This document shows, piece after piece, positions 9,916 to 19,128 of a stretch of DNA of 64,000 nucleotides. Every line of letters starts with the position of its first letter. Positions within the stretch are counted from its first letter, which is position 1. The DNA comes from a bacterium (GTDB lineage: Bacteria; Patescibacteriota; UBA1384; VFKW01): the NCBI GenBank assembly GCA_030647355.1, contig JAUSIS010000013.1, forward strand, positions 48,353 through 112,352, in the 5' to 3' direction. The notes beneath the pieces are model-generated. The model was not told where the DNA came from, did not search any database, and saw only the letters and a list, made by a program, of their open reading frames with translations. The position numbers and the translations under genes were made by a program.

Positions 9916-11796
9916 TTAATAATCTAGATTCTCTATCAAATGATTTGGAATATCATCAATAAATCGAGAGCGAAAATTTGTTTGCACCCCGCCATAGACA
10001 ATTCTAGTCAAAGCATAAGTCAGATATAACCGCTTCATCGCCCGGGTAATTCCTACATAACACAGGCGCCTCTCCTCCTCCAACTCATGTTCATCCATTA
10101 AGCTGCGAGAATGCGGAAAAATCCCCTCTTCCATTCCTGCTAAAAATACAGTCGGAAATTCTAAACCCTTTGCTGAATGCATAGTCATCAGAGTCACAGC
10201 ATCCGCACTTTCGTCATAACTGTCAATATCGGAAATGAGCGCCGCTTGCTCTAAAAATTCATCCAAATTATCCAATAAGCTAGCTACATTCATCAGTTCC
10301 TCAATATTTTCCCATCTCCCCTGCCCCTCAATTGTTCCGTCTAAAATAAAATTCTTATATCCTGTCATATCTAGAACTAATCTAATCAATTCGCCAACCT
10401 TCACGCCCTTTGATTTTTCCCGTAACCCTTCAATCATCTTCCAAAATATTTGGATCTTTGGATTTTCACTTTGAGATTTGTCCGCCAGCTGGCGGATTGA
10501 ATTTTGAGCTTTTGGTCCTATTCCTCTGGACGGAACATTAATTATCCGGCGCAGACTTACTTCATCAAGCGGATTGACTATCACCCTTAAGTAAGCCAAG
10601 ATATCCTTTACTTCTTTTCGATCATAAAAGCGAAGCGCCCCGATAACTTTATATGGCACTCGCAGTTTCAACAAACTCTCCTCAAATATGCGTGATTGGG
10701 CATTTGTTCTATATAAAATAGCAAAATCGTTCAAGTTCATACCAGCTTGGCGCAACGCCAACATCTCTGAAATAATAAATTCGCTCTCTTCCTCTCCCGA
10801 TCGCCCCTGAAATACAACAATTGGCACTCCGATAACGTTATCTGTCCATAAGTCTTTAACTGTCCTGTTTCTATTTTTCTCAATGATCATCTGTGCTGCT
10901 TCCAGAATGTTCTTGGTCGATCGGTAATTTTGCTCCAACTTAAATACTTTTGCATCGGGATAATCTTTTTCAAAATTCAAAATATTCTTAAAATTCGCTC
11001 CCCTCCATCCATAGATTGCCTGATAATCATCTCCAACAACACAAATATTATAATGTTTATCGGCTAAAAGTTTTGTTAATTTATACTGCGCCTCATTCGT
11101 ATCCTGGTACTCATCTATCAAGATATATTTGAAAAGGGATTGATATTTTTCCAACACCTCCGGATTATTCTCCAGTAGCAAAACCGTCTGCATGATAAGA
11201 TCATCGAAATCCATTGCCTGCGAAACTCTCAAAGCGCTTTGATACTCTTTGTACACTCGCGTCACTATCTCTTGAAAATGACCATTGGCATACTTCTCAT
11301 ACTCCCCGGGGCCTAAAAGCTCATTTTTCGCTCCTGAAATAAACGAAATAACCGCTTGTGGCGAATATTGCTTTATATCAATCCCTAATTTCTTCATTAC
11401 ATTCTTGGTCAAAACCAATGAGTCTTGGCTATCATATATAGAAAAATTCGAACTGAATCCAATATATTTTGCCTCCCTCCTTAAAATCTTGACGCATATC
11501 GAATGAAAAGTACCCATCCAAGGAAGCTTGGAAATCCCAGATTGCCCCGTACCTGGACGGGAAATCGCAAGCAGCCGATTAACTCGATCAATTAATTCAC
11601 GCGCTGCTTTATTGGTAAAAGTTATAGCTAAAATATGATATGGCGAGACTTTTTTCATTTGTATTAAATATGCCATCCGATGAGCCAAACATCGGGTTTT
11701 ACCACTACCGGCCCCTGCCAATATTAAAATCGGGCCATCCCCGGCAATGACTGCCTCTCGCTGTTTTGTATTCAACTCGTTAAGTAAATCCGACAT
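9916..11796 (-). CDS. pcrA: UvrD/PcrA ATP-dependent DNA helicase
   Basis: AGAGSGKT, TFTNKAA, DEYQDTN, LEQNYRST, HSAKGLEF, EEERRLCYVGITRA. Confidence 0.96.
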   Translation of the reverse strand: MSDLLNELNTKQREAVIAGDGPILILAGAGSGKTRCLAHRMAYLIQMKKVSPYHILAITFTNKAARELIDRVNRLLAISRPGTGQSGISKLPWMGTFHSICVKILRREAKYIGFSSNFSIYDSQDSLVLTKNVMKKLGIDIKQYSPQAVISFISGAKNELLGPGEYEKYANGHFQEIVTRVYKEYQSALRVSQAMDFDDLIMQTVLLLENNPEVLEKYQSLFKYILIDEYQDTNEAQYKLTKLLADKHYNICVVGDDYQAIYGWRGANFKNILNFEKDYPDAKVFKLEQNYRSTKNILEAAQMIIEKNRNRTVKDLWTDNVIGVPIVVFQGRSGEEESEFIISEMLALRQAGMNLNDFAILYRTNAQSRIFEESLLKLRVPYKVIGALRFYDRKEVKDILAYLRVIVNPLDEVSLRRIINVPSRGIGPKAQNSIRQLADKSQSENPKIQIFWKMIEGLREKSKGVKVGELIRLVLDMTGYKNFILDGTIEGQGRWENIEELMNVASLLDNLDEFLEQAALISDIDSYDESADAVTLMTMHSAKGLEFPTVFLAGMEEGIFPHSRSLMDEHELEEERRLCYVGITRAMKRLYLTYALTRIVYGGVQTNFRSRFIDDIPNHLIENLDY

Positions 11797-11857
11797 CTTT
11801 ACCTCATTAACCTAAATATTATAAATCAGCATCCCTAAAATTACCACTAAGATACTA

Positions 11858-11886
11858 TTGTCAATAAAAAATAAGTGTGCTAAGTT
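11858..11886 (+). promoter_or_regulatory. sigma70-type promoter of leader unit 1
   Basis: TTGTCA-17 nt-TAAGTT with extended TG. Confidence 0.55.
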
Positions 11887-11895
11887 GAAAACACT

Positions 11896-11955
11896 ATGAA
11901 TAAAGTAACGACCCTCGGTCTAATTCTATTGCTTAAACTGACTTGCGCCAGGTGA
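11896..11955 (+). CDS. putative Leu-rich attenuator leader peptide MNKVTTLGLILLLKLTCAR
   Basis: 19 codons, 6 Leu including two CTA; followed by an intrinsic terminator. Confidence 0.55.
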   Translation: MNKVTTLGLILLLKLTCAR

Positions 11956-11976
11956 TTTTTTCATAGCAACCAAAGG

Positions 11977-12007
11977 AAAAACCGGCTGGCAAGCCGGCTT
12001 TTTGTTT
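11977..12007 (+). terminator. attenuator-type intrinsic terminator
   Basis: CCGGCT-ggca-AGCCGG followed by a T-rich tail. Confidence 0.7.
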
Positions 12008-12075
12008 ATCCGTGGAGATCTCGCCACTATCGGGATCTCAACGAGGTTCACAAAAAAATTCGCCGGAGGGAAAAC

Positions 12076-12408
12076 TTGATAAACCAAAATGGACCATATT
12101 CAGATTTGCCGACCCAGCTTGTCCGCAGCTATCTCTGGATAAAGGGTTGCCGCTTGCCAGAATGGATCACTATCCCCCAACGCTCCAACCCATGTTGTAA
12201 TGGCAACAACTACGGTCATACCAACCTTACAGCCGCCAGCAATGGGGGCATCAAACCCCTAAACCGCGCCTACTGTCCTATCTGTGGTGCGATATACAGT
12301 AGAAGCGGCAAGACGATTCAGATTCATAACCCTAATGGGACAGGTACAAAAATCAAGATTCAAGTATTTGTCCCGACTGGACGAAGCGCTGCCGACAGAG
12401 CAGGCTAA
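12076..12408 (+). CDS. hypothetical protein with Cys motifs (possible zinc ribbon)
   Basis: GGAGGG SD before TTG; PCC...CPICG; followed by a terminator. Confidence 0.5.
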   Translation: MINQNGPYSDLPTQLVRSYLWIKGCRLPEWITIPQRSNPCCNGNNYGHTNLTAASNGGIKPLNRAYCPICGAIYSRSGKTIQIHNPNGTGTKIKIQVFVPTGRSAADRAG

Positions 12409-12423
12409 CATCCCAACCTCCAT

Positions 12424-12446
12424 GACGCCTTCGGGCGTCTCTTTTT
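12424..12446 (+). terminator. intrinsic terminator
   Basis: GACGCC-TTCG-GGCGTC then TCTTTTT. Confidence 0.75.
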
Positions 12447-12489
12447 ATACTATTGCATTATTTACGAAAGCTGATAATATATAAACACA

Positions 12490-12573
12490 ATGAAAACTAT
12501 CTTATCAAGCAATTGGTTTTTCGGTTATTGGTTCTTTGGGCGCCACTCGACCAGTTGTCTTTGCATAAGTTAG
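12490..12573 (+). CDS. putative aromatic-rich attenuator leader peptide MKTILSSNWFFGYWFFGRHSTSCLCIS
   Basis: WFFGYWFFG cluster; promoter-like TTGCAT...TGaTAATAT upstream; terminator downstream. Confidence 0.6.
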   Translation: MKTILSSNWFFGYWFFGRHSTSCLCIS

Positions 12574-12592
12574 ATTAAATAACAATTCTGCA

Positions 12593-12622
12593 AAAAACTG
12601 GCCGGGCGGCCAGTTTTTATTT
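12593..12622 (+). terminator. attenuator-type intrinsic terminator
   Basis: AAAAACTGGCC-gggc-GGCCAGTTTTT. Confidence 0.75.
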
Positions 12623-12707
12623 ATCCATCGGGATCTATCCGCCAGCTAGCGGATCGGATCTCGACGAGATGAATAACCTTAATAATCAATCCCGCGGAGG
12701 AAAACGA

Positions 12708-13181
12708 ATGTCAACAGCCAGAACCAATACGAATCAGACAATTTTCCAAAAAGACGGGCAAACAGTCGCCGTTCTAGGAGAATTGGATCCAGAAACAACT
12801 CTGATCTACTGCCTTCCGTCTGCCGAATCTGTCCCCGCTCAAGTAGAAGATAACCCGAAGCTAGTTCTCGCCCCTGTCTTCCGCCCCATTCCTCACATCG
12901 AGCCGAAAGCATATGCTCGCCAAACCGAGGGCATAGTTCTTCTCCCTCTCAAAGTCGGCAATTACCAACTCAAAACCGTCGCCATCGAGCTCAGCCCGTC
13001 CTTAACCTCGCTTCCACCCCACCTCATCTTCGATGGCTACGACCACCCCAGGGGTAAAGACGGTCAAGTTTTCCGCCTGACCAGTCAATCAATCACTATT
13101 TTCAGCCTGAGAATCCACTGCGCCGTGGGTGAACGCCCAGTCTACCGACTTGAAGAAAAAAAGGAGGATACATCATGCTAA
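12708..13181 (+). CDS. hypothetical protein
   Basis: GGAGGA SD before ATG 12708 (ORF track start 12669). Confidence 0.6.
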   Translation: MSTARTNTNQTIFQKDGQTVAVLGELDPETTLIYCLPSAESVPAQVEDNPKLVLAPVFRPIPHIEPKAYARQTEGIVLLPLKVGNYQLKTVAIELSPSLTSLPPHLIFDGYDHPRGKDGQVFRLTSQSITIFSLRIHCAVGERPVYRLEEKKEDTSC

Positions 13182-13429
13182 CCAGTCAGGCAAATACCGA
13201 TACCAGCATTCCCCCCGAGGTCAGCTCCAAAGTCCATGAACTAAGTGTTCAATTCGCTCGTCTCTGCTCTTCCGACGACCCCCAAAGCCCAGCCAAACTA
13301 GTTGAGTCGCTGCGCGAGATAGTCCAGATCGCCGACGAATACCCCCAAGCCACGCCTGCAATCGCCAGGGCTCTCTGGCAATCCTGCCATCGCCCAACTA
13401 GAGCCGGCTGGGGAGGAAGCCCTCGCTGA
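13175..13429 (+). CDS. hypothetical protein
   Basis: AGGAGG SD, overlaps the upstream stop; terminator at 13453-13485. Confidence 0.6.
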   Translation: MLTSQANTDTSIPPEVSSKVHELSVQFARLCSSDDPQSPAKLVESLREIVQIADEYPQATPAIARALWQSCHRPTRAGWGGSPR

Positions 13430-13452
13430 AGTCCTCTATCCAACTAACCCCC

Positions 13453-13485
13453 GCCCAGCTTTTCATCAAAGGGCTGGGCTTTTTT
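13453..13485 (+). terminator. intrinsic terminator
   Basis: GCCCAGC...GCTGGGC then TTTTTT. Confidence 0.7.
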
Positions 13486-13489
13486 CATA

Positions 13490-13704
13490 CAAAACAAAAA
13501 GCGCGAAGTCGAATTGTCAGCCTAATAATATTTTAAATTAATGCTGTTCGTCGCGCTCTTTGTTTAATGAGACTACACTCCCTAGAATAACATGTCGTTA
13601 GCCTAAGAAGTCATCCCCCTCCTTACTTAGTAAGGAAAGGATAAACCAAATCACTTGGACTATCCCTTCATCACTACTTTTGTAAATGTTCCTTTTCAGT
13701 GAAT
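13490..13704 (-). ncRNA. candidate structured ncRNA (~215 nt), family unknown
   Basis: Downstream of a near-consensus promoter; several hairpins; ends in a stem followed by U-tract; no ORF of note. Confidence 0.45.
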
Positions 13705-13710
13705 TAAGAT

Positions 13711-13739
13711 ATCATATCAATACAGCAACCCCATGTCAA
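13711..13739 (-). promoter_or_regulatory. sigma70 promoter
   Basis: TTGACA-17 nt-TATGAT. Confidence 0.7.
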
Positions 13740-13790
13740 CACCACCAGCTAACCAAACATTCAACCTTATAAAAATAAAACCTGCCTAAG

Positions 13791-13828
13791 TTATCCACAG
13801 GCAGTCATTACAGAAATAGTTATCCACA
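13791..13828 (+). promoter_or_regulatory. two consensus DnaA boxes
   Basis: TTATCCACA at 13791-13799 and 13820-13828. Confidence 0.6.
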
Positions 13829-13853
13829 GTCAATCCGCCAGCTGGCGGACCGA

Positions 13854-15215
13854 CTATCCGCTTGCTGAAATTTTCCTGTGATCCAAATTGCCAAACTTCG
13901 TCTGTTCAGGAATAAAATAGAGCTTAATATCACCGATCGGACCATTACGATGTTTACGTACTAAAATATCTGCAATATTCTTATTTTCCGTTTCTTTATT
14001 GTAATAATCCTCGCGATAAATGAACATAACCACATCCGCATCCTGCTCGATACTTCCGCTCTCCCGCAAATCGGATAACTGAGGAATCTTTCTATCCCTC
14101 TGCTCCACTGCCCTTGATAACTGCGACAGAGCAACTACCGGAATATTCAATTCTCTGGCTAGTGCCTTCAGTGATCGGGAAATCTCCGATACTTCCTGGA
14201 CACGATTAGCATCATTCCCGTGAGAGCTTCGCCCCTCCATTAGTTGCAAATAATCAATAATTACCAAACCCAACCCGTGCTCAACCTGTAGCCGACGCGC
14301 CTTAGCCCGTATCTCCATAACCGAAAGCATCGGCGAATCATCAATAAATATTGGCGCTTCTGCCAGCTCTCCCATCGCTTCTCCGATTTTTCTAAAATCA
14401 TCCTCTGCTAGCTCCCCTTTTCTAAGCCTCCAGGAATCAACCCCCGCCTGCATACAAAGCAACCGATCCACTATCTGATCTCTTGACTGCTCCAATGAAA
14501 ACAAACCCACTGGCACCTTATGCTTAACCGCCGCATATTCAGCAATATTCAAAACAAAGCTGGTTTTACCCATACTGGGACGAGCAGCAATTATGACTAA
14601 ATCTGATTTTTGTAATCCGGATATCAATCCATCTAACTCCTTAAACCCTGTCGGTACACCCCTTAAAGTACCTTTATTTTTATGCAACTCGTCTATTCTA
14701 TCAAATGACTCCTCGAGTACCGATTTTATAGGAACAAAATTATCACTGGTAAATTTCTGGCTGATTGAAAATATAGTGCTTTCCGCTTTATCCAAAACCT
14801 CGGCAATATCGGCAGTTTCATTAAATCCCAGCTCAATTATTGTCGAAGACGCATGTATTAGTCGTCGAAGTGTTGCTTTATGACGAACGATCTCCGCATA
14901 CTTGGCAACATGCGCCGAAGAAGGTACTCCATTAACCAGCGAGGACAGGTACGCCGCTCCTCCTACTTCTTTCAGTTTTTTTCTTGTCTCCAGTTCATTC
15001 GTCAGAGTTACCAAATCAATTGGCGATCTTTTTTCAAATAAAACCAACATAATTTCATAAATCAACTTATGGTCATCACGGTAAAAATTCTCGCTATTCA
15101 AAATGTCCACTACTTTCAATATAGCGTCTTTGTCCAGTAAGATTGCCCCAAGAACTGACTGTTCTGCCTCAATATTTTGGGGGGGGATTTTAGAAGGCAG
15201 CTCGCTTTTCGCCAC
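13854..15215 (-). CDS. dnaB: replicative DNA helicase
   Basis: PPQNIEAEQSVLG, AARPSMGKT, IDYLQL, LSQLSR, SDLRESGSIEQDAD; GTG start after GGAGG. Confidence 0.97.
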   Translation of the reverse strand: MAKSELPSKIPPQNIEAEQSVLGAILLDKDAILKVVDILNSENFYRDDHKLIYEIMLVLFEKRSPIDLVTLTNELETRKKLKEVGGAAYLSSLVNGVPSSAHVAKYAEIVRHKATLRRLIHASSTIIELGFNETADIAEVLDKAESTIFSISQKFTSDNFVPIKSVLEESFDRIDELHKNKGTLRGVPTGFKELDGLISGLQKSDLVIIAARPSMGKTSFVLNIAEYAAVKHKVPVGLFSLEQSRDQIVDRLLCMQAGVDSWRLRKGELAEDDFRKIGEAMGELAEAPIFIDDSPMLSVMEIRAKARRLQVEHGLGLVIIDYLQLMEGRSSHGNDANRVQEVSEISRSLKALARELNIPVVALSQLSRAVEQRDRKIPQLSDLRESGSIEQDADVVMFIYREDYYNKETENKNIADILVRKHRNGPIGDIKLYFIPEQTKFGNLDHRKISASG

Positions 15216-15297
15216 TAATCCTCCAAGCGTCAATTATTAATTCCACGATAACCATTCAAGCTTACTATGTCAAACATCCTTGCTTGGCCTTCAAGTC

Positions 15298-15326
15298 TTG
15301 ACATAATGTTCCAAAACATGTAATAT
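15298..15326 (+). promoter_or_regulatory. sigma70 promoter
   Basis: TTGACA-17 nt-TAATAT. Confidence 0.65.
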
Positions 15327-15332
15327 ATAATA

Positions 15333-15555
15333 GCTTATCTAGCCGGTAATACAGGTTAGGTCGGCACATGCTTGGTGTTAAATCACCAAATCTTCATCTA
15401 CACCCGAGAGATCGAGGTGATGCAACACCAAGCATCTAATACACCCAGCCGAAGGTATATTCTGCACTCATCCCTGCCCCCTTCGGCAAAATCCCCTGCT
15501 CGCCCCGTCTGTGGGGCTGGCCCGGCGCGCAAGCGCGCCGGGCCTCAATTTTTAT
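15333..15555 (+). ncRNA. candidate ncRNA, long irregular hairpin (possibly 6S-like)
   Basis: 12-bp perfect stem 15368-15379/15424-15435 extended by ATCACC/GGTGAT and TCGGC/GCCGA; GC-rich terminator 15519-15544. Confidence 0.45.
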
Positions 15556-15567
15556 TAAAAAGCTTAG

Positions 15568-17166
15568 CTACTCTTCCATACCAAATACCTCAACTGCCGT
15601 TGACATTATCTCTTGCTCCATAACAGGCAACGGCTTCGGTAATTTATCGTCTATTAAACATTCTAATCTTAGCGGCTTTCCGCAAACTTCCAGAATCACC
15701 TTTTCAATCATCTGCTTATTTTTTCTATCATGCATTCTCTCGCTGTGGAATCTAAACCTTACCGCAATCACTACCTTATCACTTTCAAATGATTTCGCAG
15801 TAGCATCTTTCAGAAACGTATGAAGAGTCTGATTGATCGGTTTCATCTTCTCAACTATCGCTTCCCAGGCTCTTCTGTCATTTTCTATAACACTCGGGCT
15901 CTCGCCTTTCTTCTCATCAGACCCCGACACGCTATCAACATTCGCCGCCAAACCACCACTTGGTGTGTCGGATTCCACCCTCACAAGATCTTGGACCTTA
16001 ATCGGCTCGTTCATAACTAGCGTTACCTCTTTATTCCCTTGGTCAATCTTGGAAAATCTCTGCATCCAGTCAATCGCCAAAAGCTCCAGAGGTAATTGAG
16101 GTAAAAATGCCTTTTTAATATCCGGTATTGACCCAACTAGACTGTTCAGTAAAGCCAGCATTTCGCTAGCAGTAAATTGCATGCTGACTTTCGCCCACTC
16201 GCCTAATTCATCTTGAGTCCAATCTGAAGCAACTAATTCTTTTTGAACACCAGATTTTAAAAGGATTAACTTCCTTAGATCTTCAATAAGCTGGTTGGCA
16301 AAATATGCTAAATCCCCTCCCTCATCTTGAATAGTCTTCAACAAATCAACTAGTCCGGAAACATCTCCCGATACCAGCCGTCTCAAGAAATCCTTTACTG
16401 ATTCGCTTCGAGCCAAACCCAGAACCGACCGAACGTCACCCACTGTGATTTCGGCAATATTTGATACTGAAGCAACCTGTTCTAAAAGCGACAGAGCATC
16501 GCGGTAAGATCCATCTGCCATATTCGCCAAAAGCTCAATCGCCTCGTCCTCTATTTTCAGATTCTCGTCATGTATTACCTGCCCAATTTTCTGTTTAACT
16601 TCAGATAGTTGCCCCCGGTGAAAATCAAATCGTTGGCACCTCGAAACAATAGTCGGCAATACTTTATGCGCTTCGGTAGTCGCCAATATAAAAATCGCAT
16701 GCGCCGGGGGCTCCTCCAGCGTTTTCAGAATTGCATTAAATGCTTCCCGCGTTAACATATGAACTTCATCAATAATAAATACCTTAAATGGCGAGCTTGC
16801 CGGAGCAAATTTAATTTTTTCCCGTAGCTCCCTAATCTCTTCTATTCCTCGGTTGGAAGCCGCATCTATTTCTATCACATCCAGACTTTGTCCTGATGCA
16901 ATCTCACGGCAAGAAGTACATTGATTACAAGGTTCACCCAAATTCTTGCCTTTCTTGTCATGTTTATAATCAAGCGTACTGCAATTCAACGACTTCGCCA
17001 GTAGCCGCGCAGTCGTTGTCTTACCGGTTCCCCGAGGACCGGCAAATAGATAAGCATGCCCAACCCGACGAGTTTTCAGGGCATTTTTAAGCGTGCTCTT
17101 TATGTGTTCTTGGCCAACCAGATCGCTAAAAGTCTCTGGCCGCCACTTTCTGTAGAAAGAAGCCAT
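15568..17166 (-). CDS. dnaX: DNA polymerase III subunit gamma/tau
   Basis: YRKWRP, GPRGTGKTT, EIDAASNRG, IDEVHML, LKTLEEPP, SRCQ. Confidence 0.97.
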   Translation of the reverse strand: MASFYRKWRPETFSDLVGQEHIKSTLKNALKTRRVGHAYLFAGPRGTGKTTTARLLAKSLNCSTLDYKHDKKGKNLGEPCNQCTSCREIASGQSLDVIEIDAASNRGIEEIRELREKIKFAPASSPFKVFIIDEVHMLTREAFNAILKTLEEPPAHAIFILATTEAHKVLPTIVSRCQRFDFHRGQLSEVKQKIGQVIHDENLKIEDEAIELLANMADGSYRDALSLLEQVASVSNIAEITVGDVRSVLGLARSESVKDFLRRLVSGDVSGLVDLLKTIQDEGGDLAYFANQLIEDLRKLILLKSGVQKELVASDWTQDELGEWAKVSMQFTASEMLALLNSLVGSIPDIKKAFLPQLPLELLAIDWMQRFSKIDQGNKEVTLVMNEPIKVQDLVRVESDTPSGGLAANVDSVSGSDEKKGESPSVIENDRRAWEAIVEKMKPINQTLHTFLKDATAKSFESDKVVIAVRFRFHSERMHDRKNKQMIEKVILEVCGKPLRLECLIDDKLPKPLPVMEQEIMSTAVEVFGMEE

Positions 17167-17311
17167 TTCACCTCAAATTCTATATCCATCTAGCATGCAA
17201 CCAAATAATATAATATCTCACATCAAATAACAAAGATAGCTTTGTGGAAATCTAAGTCTATTGCGAACTTATACCCTACGCGATATACTGGTATTAGATT
17301 TAGGAGGGGCG

Positions 17312-19120
17312 ATGACTAAAGAGGAACTAGCTTCCTCAATTCAAAATCAAAGCCAACTTCCCCTAAGCGTTGTTGAGCGTGGTTTTGTGGCGGTTACAAA
17401 AGTACTTGCTGGCTCACTAAGCACCGGTGAATCATGCACAATACCCAAATTTGGTGAATTCCACTTTAATAAAGACAAAAAGATTGAAGTTACTCTAGAT
17501 CCAAACGCCAGCTCCGAAGAAGAAACCAGTTACGACGAATTGAAAGCCGAGGGAACTAGCGACGATAACAAAGTCGGTCTCTCGGCAATCCCCTACATGG
17601 ATCTCTCGTCTCGAAATATTCCTAAAGAAGTACTCGCATTTATACCGGAACACATTGCTAAACGTTATAAAATAGTGCCTGTGGAAGAAAAAGACGGCAA
17701 CTTGGTCGTTAGTATGATTGACCCGGAAGACCAAGAAACCGTAGAGCTTATCAAGAAACGAACCGGACTCCCGCTAGTGGTAACATTGTGCACCCAGGAC
17801 GATCTCAATCATGTTATAGATCAATATTCTGGAATAAATTCAGACGTCAACGCCCTAGTCCAAACATCCGGCGAAACCCTTGAGACTACCCAAGAAGAAG
17901 AGCCAAAAGAGGAAGTCACCGAAACAAGCGACCACGCGCCGGCAGCCAAGGTAGTAGATTCTCTGTTCAAACGAGCAGTCCGCGAAAAAGCATCAGATAT
18001 TCATATTGAACCGATGGAGACGGAAGTAATAGTCCGCTTTAGGATAGACGGCGTTCTTAGAAAAATCGTCACCTTGCCAAAAATGCTTCATCCTGCCGTA
18101 ATATCGAGAATAAAAATCCTCTCGAACTTAAAAATTGATGAGCTAAGATTACCCCAGGATGGCCGTTTCCAAATTAAGCTTAATCAAAATAAAATTGATT
18201 TTCGTATATCAACCCTTCCCACAGTAAATGGCGAGAAAATAGTCGCCCGTATATTAGATAAAAACGCCGGTGTGCTAACTCTCCCAGATCTTGGACTAAG
18301 AGGAAGTCCTCTGGAAACTATGAAAGATAATCTATCAAAATCTCATGGAATGATTCTGGTAACCGGTCCAACCGGCTCCGGTAAATCCACCACCCTTTAC
18401 GCCGCCCTTGATAAGATAAAAGATATCGCCATAAATATTGTAACTCTTGAGGATCCGGTAGAATATCGCATGCCCGGCATCAATCAATGCCAAATTAATA
18501 GCGAGATTGGCTACACATTTGCCAGTGGTCTTCGAGCAATTCTAAGGCAGGACCCCAATGTTGTAATGGTTGGTGAAATTCGCGACTTCGATACTGCCAA
18601 CATTGCTATCCACGCCGCCCTGACAGGTCATGTTGTCCTGTCAACTCTCCATACAAATAACGCATCCGGCGCCATACCTCGCCTCATTGATATGGACATA
18701 GAACCGTTTCTGATTAGCTCCTCGGTCAACGCCGTTGTCGCCCAAAGACTTTGCCGAAAAATCTGTTCTAAATGCAAGCAAGAGTTTTCCCTTGACGAAG
18801 GTACACTAAAAACCATCCAGGAGGAGATCGAAAAAATCCCCCAAGCCGAGAGAAAATCAATCGCGAAAACTTTGAAATTCTATAAAGGCAAGGGCTGTTC
18901 GGCCTGCAATAATTCAGGCTATCATGGAAGAGTTGGCATCTATGAAGTACTGCCAATCACCGACAAAATAAAAGAGATTCTCTCCAAAGAGGTTTCTGCC
19001 AATATTATAGAACAGGCCGCAATTGAGCAAGGTATGATCAATATGAAACAGGATGGGATTCTCAAAGCCATTGACGGGCTCACCACGATCGAGGAAGTTT
19101 GGCGCGTAACTAAAGATTAA
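17312..19120 (+). CDS. pilB: type IV pilus assembly ATPase PilB/GspE with N-terminal HU-like domain
   Basis: ASDIHIEP, GPTGSGKSTT, LRQDPNVVMVGEIRD, TGH, CxxC pairs; SD AGGAGGGG before ATG 17312. Confidence 0.92.
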   Translation: MTKEELASSIQNQSQLPLSVVERGFVAVTKVLAGSLSTGESCTIPKFGEFHFNKDKKIEVTLDPNASSEEETSYDELKAEGTSDDNKVGLSAIPYMDLSSRNIPKEVLAFIPEHIAKRYKIVPVEEKDGNLVVSMIDPEDQETVELIKKRTGLPLVVTLCTQDDLNHVIDQYSGINSDVNALVQTSGETLETTQEEEPKEEVTETSDHAPAAKVVDSLFKRAVREKASDIHIEPMETEVIVRFRIDGVLRKIVTLPKMLHPAVISRIKILSNLKIDELRLPQDGRFQIKLNQNKIDFRISTLPTVNGEKIVARILDKNAGVLTLPDLGLRGSPLETMKDNLSKSHGMILVTGPTGSGKSTTLYAALDKIKDIAINIVTLEDPVEYRMPGINQCQINSEIGYTFASGLRAILRQDPNVVMVGEIRDFDTANIAIHAALTGHVVLSTLHTNNASGAIPRLIDMDIEPFLISSSVNAVVAQRLCRKICSKCKQEFSLDEGTLKTIQEEIEKIPQAERKSIAKTLKFYKGKGCSACNNSGYHGRVGIYEVLPITDKIKEILSKEVSANIIEQAAIEQGMINMKQDGILKAIDGLTTIEEVWRVTKD

Positions 19121-19128
19121 AGGAAAAT

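Noticed and set aside
13780-13850. Replication origin
   Set aside because: Only two DnaA boxes, no dnaA/dnaN nearby, and the C-rich plus strand does not visibly switch here.
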